From assembly GCA_963826785.1 (NCBI GenBank), contig CAWGYD010000001.1:544001-608000 (forward strand): a stretch of DNA of 64,000 nt. The letters run 5' to 3'. Source of the DNA: an uncultured delta proteobacterium. GTDB taxonomy: Bacteria; Desulfobacterota; Desulfobacteria; Desulfobacterales; Desulfosalsimonadaceae. Both the position numbers and the translations under genes were made by a program. Below, piece by piece: positions 20,245-29,518 of this stretch; the stretch's first letter is position 1, and each line of letters opens with the position of its first letter. A model generated the notes under the pieces. The model saw only the letters and a list, made by a program, of their open reading frames with translations. It did no database searches and had not been told where the DNA came from.

Positions 20245-22440
20245 TCAATTTGAATTTTGCGCATCATGGGCGCATGCCATGCAATACAGGCGGATCATCT
20301 TTAACTGCTCATAATCGAGCGCACCCTCGAGGGCATCGAAGACCGGCTTTAGATATTCGAACCCGATCCGCCTGAACTCAGCGATTGCATTTTTGACCGT
20401 TTCAGGCTCCATCCCTTCCATCAGGTACTCTACCCCCTTTTTCTCAATCAGATTCCCCTCCATTGCAAATTTAAGCAGATGATCCAGCACGGTCTGCTGT
20501 TTGATTTCATACCGGGCCATCAATGCCGCGATGGATGTCCCTTGATTATAGGCCTTGCCGATGGTGTGGTGGCGCATCTCCCGGGTGGTTTCGGGTTCTT
20601 GCAGACTGAAAGATGCGACTTCGGGAAATTCCGGCGGCGGATCGATCCGGTTTTCCGCGCAGTATGCTTTGATCAGGCCGATAAACAGTTCTCCGTATCT
20701 TTTAAGCTTGACCGCCCCCACACCGTGCAGGGTCAGAAGCTGCCGGTCGGAATGGGGCAGAAAAGAGGCCATCTCCAGCAGGGTCTTGTCCGGAAATATG
20801 GCATAGGGCGGAATATTGAGCTGATCGGCCAGCTGTTTTCTCTCCCGGCGAAGAATTTCAAACAGATCCCGATGAACCTCGGAGGGGTCTTCTGCTTCCT
20901 CGCGGGAGGCTGCCGTCTCCCGGCCGCGCGCCACCCAGACCGGGCGCTTGCCCCGCATGACCTCCCATGCCTCCGGGGTCAGGGAAAGACCGCCGTATTC
21001 CATGTCCTGAATTAACAATCCCTGGTGCAGGAACTGCCGGGTCAGCTGCATCCATCGCGCCTTTGAGTATTCCATGCCGATGCCGTAGGTGGACAGCCGA
21101 TCGTGGCCCGAAGCGATGATTTTTTGTCCCTTGGAACCGCGCAGGACGTCGATGATATGACTGGCGCCGAAGATTTCTCCGGTCCGCTTTACGCAGGACA
21201 GAAATTTCTGGGCGGCCACGGTGGCATCTGTTTTTTCCCGCTCACCGGCTGTGCAGTTGTCGCACATGCCGCAATTTTCGGCGCAATAGGTTTCGCCGAA
21301 GTAGTCGAGAAGGGGTTTTCGCCGGCAGATTTCGGATTCGGCAAACCGGAGCAGGGCGTTTAGATGGCGCATGGCCGCCCGGGTCTCACTCTCCGGCTTT
21401 TGTGCAATGAAATATTTGATCTTGGCGATATCCTGGTACCCCAGAAGCAGGAGGCAGTGGGCGGGGAGGCCGTCGCGGCCGGCCCGGCCGATTTCCTGGT
21501 AGTAGCCTTCCATGTTTTTGGGCAGGTCATGATGAATCACATAGCGGACATTGGGTTTGTCGATTCCCATGCCGAAAGCGATGGTGGCCACCATGATCCG
21601 GACATCATCCCTGATGAACCGCTGCTGGTTCTCCTTGCGCACCTCATCGGGGAGGCCGGCGTGATAGGGGCGGGCATTGTATCCCCGTTCGGCCAGGGCC
21701 CGGCTTAAGCTGTCCACCTGTTTGCGGGAATGGCAGTAGATGATGCCGGATTCATCTTCAAATCTTTTGATGAAGGTGAGGACCTGGCCAAAGGGCCGGT
21801 GCTTGTCGGCCACCTCGATGAACAGGTTCTTGCGGTCGAAGGAGTCGAGAAAGGTTTTGGCCCCGTCCCTGAACTCGAGCATCCTGCAGATGTCGGCCCG
21901 CACCCGGGGCGTGGCCGTAGCCGTCATGGCGATGCAGACCGCCCGGGGAAACTGGCGGCGGATGTTTGCCAGCTGCCGGTATTCGGGCCGAAAATCATGC
22001 CCCCATTCGGATATGCAGTGGGCTTCATCCACCGCCAGGCAATCGAGCTGGACCGATTCCAGCAGAGAGCGCATCCGGGGGGTCTGCAGGGCCTCGGGCG
22101 CGGCATAGACCAGCTTGGATCGCCCTTCGATGATCTTTTGGACATTGTGGTCATAATCCGCGGGCGCAAGCGTGCTGTTCAGCAGAACCGCATCGATTCC
22201 GGCCGCGGTCAGCTGATCCACCTGGTCCTGCATCAGTGATATCAGTGGGGAAACCACCAGGGTGAGCCCCGGCAGAAGCTGGGAGGGAATTTGAAAACAC
22301 AATGATTTCCCGCCCCCGGTGGGCATCACCAGGAGCGTATCGATGCCCGCCAGCAGGGTGGATATGGCATCTTCCTGCAGGGGCCTGAACTGTCCATACC
22401 CGAAGGTGTCTTTTAAAATGGCTGCGGCCTGGCAGATCAT
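20245..22440 (-). CDS. recQ: DNA helicase RecQ (RQC, HRDC, C-terminal HTH)
   Basis: MPTGGGKSLCFQ, VDEAHCISEWGHDFRPEY, ATIAFGMGIDK, YYQEIGRAGRDG, Zn-site CGMCDNC. Confidence 0.96.
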   Translation of the reverse strand: MICQAAAILKDTFGYGQFRPLQEDAISTLLAGIDTLLVMPTGGGKSLCFQIPSQLLPGLTLVVSPLISLMQDQVDQLTAAGIDAVLLNSTLAPADYDHNVQKIIEGRSKLVYAAPEALQTPRMRSLLESVQLDCLAVDEAHCISEWGHDFRPEYRQLANIRRQFPRAVCIAMTATATPRVRADICRMLEFRDGAKTFLDSFDRKNLFIEVADKHRPFGQVLTFIKRFEDESGIIYCHSRKQVDSLSRALAERGYNARPYHAGLPDEVRKENQQRFIRDDVRIMVATIAFGMGIDKPNVRYVIHHDLPKNMEGYYQEIGRAGRDGLPAHCLLLLGYQDIAKIKYFIAQKPESETRAAMRHLNALLRFAESEICRRKPLLDYFGETYCAENCGMCDNCTAGEREKTDATVAAQKFLSCVKRTGEIFGASHIIDVLRGSKGQKIIASGHDRLSTYGIGMEYSKARWMQLTRQFLHQGLLIQDMEYGGLSLTPEAWEVMRGKRPVWVARGRETAASREEAEDPSEVHRDLFEILRRERKQLADQLNIPPYAIFPDKTLLEMASFLPHSDRQLLTLHGVGAVKLKRYGELFIGLIKAYCAENRIDPPPEFPEVASFSLQEPETTREMRHHTIGKAYNQGTSIAALMARYEIKQQTVLDHLLKFAMEGNLIEKKGVEYLMEGMEPETVKNAIAEFRRIGFEYLKPVFDALEGALDYEQLKMIRLYCMACAHDAQNSN

Positions 22441-22685
22441 AGGGTCTTATCAGAAATCCGGAAGGTTATGGTTGGTTCACATTAGCGGATATGAGCGCAT
22501 ATCCGTTAACAACAATATGGTTTTTACCATACTGCCGGAAATGATTCAACCGTTTCACCCCACATGCAGCTGTTAAATCACTTGATACAGAGTCATTTAA
22601 ATAGTATTTTCATACAGAATGAGAAACACGGAAGGGCTTTTATATGATGATTTTCGGATGATAACCTTTAAGAAGGGAGATTAAA

Positions 22686-23012
22686 ATGAAAAGAATCCTG
22701 ATCGTTTTAATGAGTATGGTATTCTTGACCGCCACGGTTCTTTTTGCAGCCGAGGAAGAAGAAGACGTGGGGTGGCGGTGCGGGAATCTTTTCATTCATG
22801 AAGGAATTCAATCATTTGAAGTCCTTCAAAGTTGTGGGGAACCGAATTCAAAAGAGGTCGTGGGATACGCCGAACACGGCGGCGACGATGAAGGCGACGC
22901 GGGTCTGGTAATTGAAAAATGGTTATATGGTCCCGACGCCGGATATTACCATGTACTCTACTTCAAGGCCGGTGTGCTGGAGAAGGTCGAAGCGGTCAAA
23001 GATATGAATTAG
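22686..23012 (+). CDS. Exported DUF2845-like protein
   Basis: Signal peptide; WRCGNLFI..G....EVLQSCGEP, EKWLYGP, LYFKAGVL. Confidence 0.7.
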   Translation: MKRILIVLMSMVFLTATVLFAAEEEEDVGWRCGNLFIHEGIQSFEVLQSCGEPNSKEVVGYAEHGGDDEGDAGLVIEKWLYGPDAGYYHVLYFKAGVLEKVEAVKDMN

Positions 23013-23242
23013 GCGCAAGGGCTGCTGTTTGCCACGAGCATCCTTGGGGTTTTATACCGTTTAGTTGCCGATACATGATAAAATCTGACTTGAATACTTT
23101 TCTTTTTGAGTAAAAATCAGCAGCATTCCTGATTTTTATTTCATATTGATTTCATATCTTCTCCATGGCAGGGCTCGATTAGAGACAGGCGTATTGAAAA
23201 TTGCGCGGATGACCTGCCGTACATCAAAAGGAGGTGTTAGAT

Positions 23243-23449
23243 ATGAATAGAATTCTTTTTATCGTTTTGGCTGTCTTTGCAATGGTATTTACGCTTTCAT
23301 TTACGGGATGCCATGGTCATATAAACGGAGGAATCGGGACGGATGAAGACATTCAGTTTCAGAGGAATGCGTTCGTCCAGGAAACAACCCCGTCGAGCGG
23401 GGTGAAAGCGCAATCGATTGTAATGGAGACGACGGTTTTGCCGGTATGA
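23243..23449 (+). CDS. Small putative lipoprotein
   Basis: RBS AAGGAGG; hydrophobic leader ending in lipobox-like FTGC. Confidence 0.55.
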   Translation: MNRILFIVLAVFAMVFTLSFTGCHGHINGGIGTDEDIQFQRNAFVQETTPSSGVKAQSIVMETTVLPV

Positions 23450-23533
23450 CAACAAGCGCACAGCAGGGTGAGGAATATCAAAACCCTGGTTGAACGTGAG
23501 ATGCTTATCATCGGAATCATTTATTCTCAAATT

Positions 23534-23570
23534 GAAGGCCGCAAGGAGAATACTCCTTTGCGGCCTTTCT
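23534..23570 (+). terminator. Hairpin, probable terminator
   Basis: gaaggccgcaaggag-aata-ctcctttgcggcctttc. Confidence 0.6.
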
Positions 23571-23600
23571 GCAAGCGTGCGTAAGATACGAACAAAAAAC

Positions 23601-23721
23601 TTTTTACAATTTGTAAAAACCTTTGTCATTTAAAAGTTTGCCCCATCCATCCTGAGTTCAAACAAATTCTTATCTTTTTCAAAGACTTAAATCTATTCTC
23701 CACAATGGCATTCCTTTTGCA
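23601..23721 (+). promoter_or_regulatory. sigma54 promoter with upstream palindrome
   Basis: TTTTTACAA-T-TTGTAAAAA (23601-23619); IHF-like TTTCAAAGACTTA (23677-23689); TGGCATTCCTTTTGCA (23706-23721). Confidence 0.65.
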
Positions 23722-23783
23722 TTTTTGACTGTCAGCATATGCATCAATTGCAGGGCAGAACAGAAAACAAAAGGAGAAGCATC

Positions 23784-24071
23784 ATGGCCGCATCAAAGCA
23801 TGCATCGAAAAACGGACGCCGAAAAACTCAATTCACGTTTAACGCCGAAGAAGCCAAATCGGTGAAGATCGTAGGGGACTTCAACAACTGGCGTGAAGAG
23901 GGCAAGACCCTGAAACATAATGGAAACGGCAACTGGCAGATCACACTCATGCTGCCGCCCGGAACCTACGAATACAAGTTTCTGGTGGATGGCAGCTGGG
24001 TGAATGATCCGTTAAACGAGCGCTTGTGCATCAATTGCTTCGGCACCCGGAATAATTATATCGATGTTTGA
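23784..24071 (+). CDS. Stand-alone CBM48/AMPK-beta-like (isoamylase early-set) glycogen-binding protein
   Basis: AKSVKIVGDFNNW, LPPGTYEYKFLVDGSWVNDP, NCFGTRN; RBS AAGGAG. Confidence 0.85.
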   Translation: MAASKHASKNGRRKTQFTFNAEEAKSVKIVGDFNNWREEGKTLKHNGNGNWQITLMLPPGTYEYKFLVDGSWVNDPLNERLCINCFGTRNNYIDV

Positions 24072-24117
24072 TATATTCCATGTCACGCCATGCGACAAAT
24101 ATGTTAGTTGGGCAGCC

Positions 24118-24158
24118 AAACGTGAAGAAACGCCATTCGCGCCGGCTGCATCAGACAT
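24118..24158 (-). pseudogene. 5' remnant of a HepT/DUF86 toxin gene
   Basis: ATG overlapping the mntA end reads MSDAA-[1-nt shift]-REWRFF, resembling DUF86 N-termini, then unrelated sequence. Confidence 0.45.
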
Positions 24159-24441
24159 TGATCCGCTCCTGCTCAATGTAGGGTCGCAGCTCCGGCCGCA
24201 GGGCTTTTTCGGTGACCAGATCGACCGGACAGCCGAGCAAATCCTCCAGGTAGAACTGCACGCCGAAATAGCGCTTGGAGGTGGCCGGGCCGTCGAAGGC
24301 CACCAGCACATCAATATCGCTGCCGCTGGTCGCTGTATTGCGAGCGGTGGAGCCGAACAACGCCAGCCGGGTCACGCCGAAACGGGCCTGAAGATCGGAC
24401 TTGCTGCGGCTCAGTAGGTCAAGAGCGCGCTGTCTATTCAT
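24151..24441 (-). CDS. Minimal nucleotidyltransferase (MntA-type antitoxin)
   Basis: LFGSTARNTATSGSDIDVLV (GS-x10-DxD), LEDLLGCPVDLVT. Confidence 0.9.
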   Translation of the reverse strand: MNRQRALDLLSRSKSDLQARFGVTRLALFGSTARNTATSGSDIDVLVAFDGPATSKRYFGVQFYLEDLLGCPVDLVTEKALRPELRPYIEQERINV

Positions 24442-24715
24442 CGTTTAGCCTCGAGGGACGTTTTGATCTCCCGAACATTTGCGCACCGGAAACATTCCGG
24501 CTCATGTAGACCATCCAGAACTATTCGACGATATAACATCTGCTATGCAGCGTGCAACTTAAAATTCGAGGGAGCTCCGACAGATTCAAAGCCGTTCCGG
24601 TATGTAAGCCAATGGAGACGAAAGAGAAGCGGAAAATGGCTGATACCCTGAAAAGGAGTAATCGGGCGGGCGGGCGGAGAAGCGGAAAAAATTACATAAA
24701 TATCAAATCTTACGC

Positions 24716-24756
24716 AAAAAACCCGTCGAACAACCGGACGCGGTTAGTGGACGGGT
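24716..24756 (-). terminator. Terminator downstream of tmRNA
   Basis: acccgtc...gacgggt stem followed by a U-tract on the minus strand. Confidence 0.6.
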
Positions 24757-24770
24757 CTGTCTTTTGTAAA

Positions 24771-25122
24771 TGGTGGAGGCGGCGGGAGTTGAACCCGCGT
24801 CCGAAAACATTCCATAATGGCGTCTACATACATAGCCTGAATTTTAATTGTCGCAGTTTAAGACTCCTTCAGGCAGGATTCTCAACCCGCTATCCTGTAA
24901 AATTTAACCGATTCCGGTACAGTCACCCGAAATCAGCTTTCCCGATAGTCGACGCCCTTGCATGGCCCTCGGGCAAAACCATGCAGGACGGCAGCCTTAA
25001 GCGGCTACAGCGTAGTTATAATCGTCTGCGATTATGTTTATGTTCCGCTTGTTTAACGAGTCAGCAGAAAACTCGGTATGCAACCATTACTTCCATGTCC
25101 CCGTCGAAGCCGTTTCGCCCCC
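24771..25122 (-). ncRNA. ssrA: tmRNA, tag (A)ADDYNYAVAA
   Basis: 5' GGGGGCGAAACGGCTTCGAC; 3' GGACGCGGGTTCAACTCCCGCCGCCTCCACCA. Tag frame GCA GAC GAT TAT AAC TAC GCT GTA GCC GCT TAA at 25029-24997. Confidence 0.97.
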
Positions 25123-25454
25123 ATGAATTAAGATGAACCGTAAAGTGCCTGGTAAAGAAGGAAAAAGAAAAGAAAGCAGACGAATTTATAAGCAATAATA
25201 ATGGCCGGAAGCCCGTTTGTCAAGATAATGCGAGAATCCATGCGCTTTTAAATCCCCTATGGGAAAACAATATTCATGGATTTTAAATTGGAAATGAATA
25301 TGTTATTGCAAGCAGTTGGAGAAAAAATGGTTATGGGCGGGATAGCAGCGGGTCGGCTTTTCCGCATGCCGGCTTCTAAGCAATGACGCTTTTCCGGCTC
25401 TGGCGCCGAGCTCTGATGCACAGAGGAATGGGAATGTTTGAAAATAAAGGCGAT

Positions 25455-26231
25455 ATGGACATGAGGATTTTTTTTATCATTGCGATTCTGTCCGCTTTGC
25501 TGGTGGGAACGCTGCCATGCATTGCGCCGGCCGTTGAGGCAAATCCGGACGCCCGGACCCTGGTGGACCAGGCCGTGGATCACCTGCGGGGCAAAACGTC
25601 GCGCTCCCAGGTCACCATGACCATTCACCGGCCGGACTGGGAGCGGAAGATGACGCTCAAGGCCTGGACCAAGGGCCTGAGCGATTCCATCTTCTGGATC
25701 ATGGCCCCGCCCCGGGACCAGGGGAACGGGACATTGAAAAAGGGCAGCGAGATGTGGGTGTTCAATCCCAAGATCAACCGGGTGATCAAACTGCCCCCAT
25801 CCATGATGTCCCAGTCCTGGCAGGGATCGGATTTTTCCAACAACGACATTGCCAAGTCCGACAGCATCATCGATGAGTATACCCACGAACTCATCGGCAC
25901 CGAAACCCGCGAGGGGAAAACGGTATATGTCATCCGCTCCCTGCCCAAACCGGGCGCTCCCGTGGTGTGGGGCATGCAGGAACTGAAGATCCGGGAGGAC
26001 GATATCCTGCTGTCCCAGGAATTTTTTGACGAGGAAAAAAAGCCGGTAAAAAAGCTGGTGATGGAAAAGATCACCGAAATAGGCGGCCGGCTCTACCCGG
26101 TGAAATGGAAGATGTCCAAAGCCGATGCCGGAGACGAGTATACCCTGATCGACTATGACTCGCTTGAATTCGATGTGGATGTGTCGGATCGGATGTTTAC
26201 CGTTTCCAGTCTGAAAAATCCCCCCTTGTGA
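25455..26231 (+). CDS. LolA-like outer-membrane lipoprotein-sorting protein
   Basis: Signal peptide; PPRDQGNGTLK, WVFNPKINRVIKLPPSMMSQSWQGSDFSNNDI. Start uncertain. Confidence 0.8.
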   Translation: MDMRIFFIIAILSALLVGTLPCIAPAVEANPDARTLVDQAVDHLRGKTSRSQVTMTIHRPDWERKMTLKAWTKGLSDSIFWIMAPPRDQGNGTLKKGSEMWVFNPKINRVIKLPPSMMSQSWQGSDFSNNDIAKSDSIIDEYTHELIGTETREGKTVYVIRSLPKPGAPVVWGMQELKIREDDILLSQEFFDEEKKPVKKLVMEKITEIGGRLYPVKWKMSKADAGDEYTLIDYDSLEFDVDVSDRMFTVSSLKNPPL

Positions 26232-26237
26232 TGTGGT

Positions 26238-27497
26238 ATGGCAGCCGAATTCATGGATCTTAAAATCGCCTGGCGAAACGTGTGGCGCAATACGCGGCGC
26301 ACCTGGCTGACGGTGAGCGCCATCGCATTTGCCTGCGTGGTGCTGATCTTCATGCTCTCCTTCCAGTTCGGCTCCTATGACACCATGATCAATTCCTCCA
26401 TCCGCATCAATACCGGCCATCTTCAGGTGCAGGATAAGCGCTACTTTGATAAAAAGGACATCCGGCGGGTGATTAAACATCCCGAACCGATCCTTGCGAT
26501 GGTGTCCGGAATCGACCATGTCACCGCCGCAGCCCCCAGGGCGGAGGCATTTTCCCTGGCATCGTCTGAGAACCGGACGTACGGTGTCCTGGTGACGGGC
26601 ATCGATCCCGTGCGCGAACAGCGGGTATCCACGCTCAACTCGCTTATCCGGAAAGGGGGCTTCCTTGCTGAAACCAGCGGAAGCGATACCATGGCCGGCG
26701 CCCTGGTGGGAATCCTGCTGGCCCGGAACCTGAAAGTCGGCATCGGCGACGAGTTGACGGTGCTGGGGCAGGGGCGGGACGGGTCGGTGGCCGCCACCGT
26801 GCTCGTGGTCCGGGGGATCTATCAATCGGGCATCGACGAATTCGACCGCAGTACCATCCACATTCCGCTTGTCACGTTTCAGTCCGTCTACAACATGGAC
26901 GGTGCCGTGCATAAGATTGTCATCGATGTCGATTCCCTGGACCATGTCCAACAGGTCAAAACCGCCGTGCAAAAGGGTCTCCGATCAATCCCGGAAACCG
27001 CCGACCTGGTGGTCCTGGACTGGAGCGAACTGGTGCCCGGCCTGATGCAGGCCATCAAGGTGGACCTGGCCTCCGGGCTCATCTTCTGGTGTCTCCTGGT
27101 GCTGGTGGTGGCGTTTTCGATTTTAAACACCTTCTTGATGGCCGTTTTCGAGCGCACCCGGGAATTCGGGGTGATGATGGCGCTGGGTACCACTCCGGGC
27201 CGGCTGGTGCGACTGCTCCTGTTCGAATCCTCGGCCATGACCCTGGTGGGGGTGGCTTTGGGCATGCTGGCGGGCTGCGGAATAACCCTTCTCTTTCAGC
27301 ACATCGGAATCGACTTTTCCGGGGCGTCGGATATCTTGAGCCAATACGGCATTTCCGGCCGGATCTACCCGCGGTTAAGCCCCGTCACCGCGTTTGCGGG
27401 ACCACTGCTGGTGTGGGGGGTGACCTTTGCGGTCTCCCTGTACCCGGCATTGAAGATCCGCAGGCTCAAGCCGGTGGAGGCCATGGCCCATGTATAA
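26238..27497 (+). CDS. ABC permease (FtsX/LolE/MacB type)
   Basis: IAWRNVWRNTRRT, GIDP, ILNTFLMAVFERTREFGVMMALG. Confidence 0.92.
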   Translation: MAAEFMDLKIAWRNVWRNTRRTWLTVSAIAFACVVLIFMLSFQFGSYDTMINSSIRINTGHLQVQDKRYFDKKDIRRVIKHPEPILAMVSGIDHVTAAAPRAEAFSLASSENRTYGVLVTGIDPVREQRVSTLNSLIRKGGFLAETSGSDTMAGALVGILLARNLKVGIGDELTVLGQGRDGSVAATVLVVRGIYQSGIDEFDRSTIHIPLVTFQSVYNMDGAVHKIVIDVDSLDHVQQVKTAVQKGLRSIPETADLVVLDWSELVPGLMQAIKVDLASGLIFWCLLVLVVAFSILNTFLMAVFERTREFGVMMALGTTPGRLVRLLLFESSAMTLVGVALGMLAGCGITLLFQHIGIDFSGASDILSQYGISGRIYPRLSPVTAFAGPLLVWGVTFAVSLYPALKIRRLKPVEAMAHV

Positions 27498-28788
27498 TTC
27501 CAAATCGACTTCGTCGCCTCCTCCCTGCCGCCCTGGCATCCTTTCGAATGCAAATTGGAATAAGATGGATTTTCAGTTGGCCTGGCGAAATATCTGGCGC
27601 AATCCCCGGCGCACCCTGATCATCATGACCGCCGTGGTCATCGGGGTATTTGCCATGATATTTCTGACCGCCCTCATGCGGGGGATGATGGTCGATATGA
27701 TCGAAAACGGCATTTCCACCCTCACCGGCGATGTCAAGATCTATGCGTCGGGATACCGGGACGATCCCTCCATCGATCACCGCATTACGGATCCGCAGCA
27801 GATAATGAAAAGCGCCTCCCGGGTTCTACCGGATACGGCCCGGATGACCGACCGCGTGCGGGTCAGCGCCATTGCCGCAAACGCCCGTCATTCTTTCGGT
27901 GTCTTTTTGACGGGAATCGATCCGGCCGCAGAAAAAGGGGTCTCCTTTATCGGCCAGGCGCCTATCCGGGGCCAAATGGCCGCTTCGGAAAAAGAGAACT
28001 GGATCGTCATCGGCGCGGCCCTGGCGGATAAGTTTGAAACCCGCATCGGCCACAAGCTGATCCTCATGTCAGAGGGTGTCAATCATGAGATCGCCTCCAA
28101 AGCCTTTCGCATCACCGGCATCTACCGGGCCGAGCTGAAGTCCACGGAGGAGCAGTATGTGTTTGCCGGAAAAGCCGCGGTCCAGGAGATGCTGGGCATG
28201 GGAAGCAGCGTGTCGGCGATCGCCATCGCATTAAACCGCCATGATCAGGCCGATGCAGTGGCGCAACGGGTGAAAACGGCGGTCCATAAAGCGGACCTGT
28301 CCGTATACACCTGGCAGGAACTGCTCCCCATGCTGAGGGCATCTCTCTCCATGTTCGACGGTTTTGTCATCCTGTGGTATCTGATGGTGTTTGTGGCCAT
28401 GGCCTTTGGCATCGTCAACACCCTGCTGATGGCGGTGTTCGAGCGGATGCGCGAGTTCGGCCTGATGAAGGCCCTGGGTATGACGCCCGGCCGGATCATC
28501 CGGTCGGTGCTGATGGAGTCGATCATGATTTTATCGATCGGTCTGCTTGCGGGAAACCTCCTGTCGGCAGCGATGATATGGATCGTTTCTCAAACGGGAA
28601 TCGATCTGTCCGCTTTTGCCGCCGGCCTGGAATATGCCGGCATGACCCCGGTGATCCGGCCGGATGTGTATGTCCGGGACGTATTCATTGCCAATGGGGT
28701 GGTGCTTCTCCTGGGGCTTCTGGTGAGCGCATACCCGGCGGCAAAAGCGGCGCGCATTACGCCGGTTGCGGCCATGGCCCGGGTGTAA
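27490..28788 (+). CDS. ABC permease (FtsX/LolE/MacB type); start may be 27565
   Basis: LAWRNIWRNPRRT, IVNTLLMAVFERMREFGLMKALG. Confidence 0.92.
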   Translation: MYNSKSTSSPPPCRPGILSNANWNKMDFQLAWRNIWRNPRRTLIIMTAVVIGVFAMIFLTALMRGMMVDMIENGISTLTGDVKIYASGYRDDPSIDHRITDPQQIMKSASRVLPDTARMTDRVRVSAIAANARHSFGVFLTGIDPAAEKGVSFIGQAPIRGQMAASEKENWIVIGAALADKFETRIGHKLILMSEGVNHEIASKAFRITGIYRAELKSTEEQYVFAGKAAVQEMLGMGSSVSAIAIALNRHDQADAVAQRVKTAVHKADLSVYTWQELLPMLRASLSMFDGFVILWYLMVFVAMAFGIVNTLLMAVFERMREFGLMKALGMTPGRIIRSVLMESIMILSIGLLAGNLLSAAMIWIVSQTGIDLSAFAAGLEYAGMTPVIRPDVYVRDVFIANGVVLLLGLLVSAYPAAKAARITPVAAMARV

Positions 28789-28828
28789 AAATGTAAATAA
28801 TATTTAGTTTGATTGGAGGCGGCTGCAA

Positions 28829-29512
28829 ATGCACATCGTGGAGGTAAACGGGGTGGACCGGATCTATGAACAGGGGGATGTAAAGGTTCATGCGCTGCAG
28901 GATGTCCGCCTGTCCGTTGCGGCCGGCGAGTTTGCAGCCCTTGCCGGCCCGTCCGGTTCGGGCAAGACCACCATGTTAAACATCATCGGCGGGCTGGACA
29001 CGCCCGACCGGGGGGAGGTGGTGGTGGACGGCCATCCCTACAGCAAAATGACTCCTTCCGAACTGGCCCGGCTGCGCCTGTTTCGCATCGGGTTCGTGTT
29101 TCAGGCCTACAATCTCATTCCGGTCCTGTCCGCACTGGAGAACGTGGAATATGTGATGCTGCTCCAGGGGGTTGAAAAAAAGGAGCGAGAGGAAAGGGCC
29201 CGCACCATCCTTTTCGAAGTGGGGCTGGGAGACAAGATGGACAGCCGGCCCTCGGCCCTGTCCGGCGGCCAGCAGCAGCGGGTGGCGGTGGCCCGGGCCA
29301 TCGTGTCGAACCCGGCCATGGTGCTGGCCGATGAACCCACCGCCAACCTCGATTCGAAAACCGGGGAGGGCCTTTTAGAGATCATGGGCGAGATGAATGA
29401 AAAGAAGCAGGTCACCTTTATCTTCTCCACCCACGATAAAATGGTGATGCAGCATGCCCGAAGACTGATCCGCTTGAAAGACGGCCGGATTGAAAGTGAC
29501 GAGAGGAAATAG
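28829..29512 (+). CDS. ABC ATP-binding protein (LolD-like)
   Basis: GPSGSGKTT, LSGGQQQRV, LADEPTANLD, STHD. Confidence 0.95.
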   Translation: MHIVEVNGVDRIYEQGDVKVHALQDVRLSVAAGEFAALAGPSGSGKTTMLNIIGGLDTPDRGEVVVDGHPYSKMTPSELARLRLFRIGFVFQAYNLIPVLSALENVEYVMLLQGVEKKEREERARTILFEVGLGDKMDSRPSALSGGQQQRVAVARAIVSNPAMVLADEPTANLDSKTGEGLLEIMGEMNEKKQVTFIFSTHDKMVMQHARRLIRLKDGRIESDERK

Positions 29513-29518
29513 CCGGAC

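Noticed and set aside
22686..24770. Intact integrative element at tmRNA
   Set aside because: No integrase, and I saw no duplicated ssrA 3' end in the window.
24552..25136. 194-aa plus-strand ORF
   Set aside because: Antisense shadow of tmRNA.
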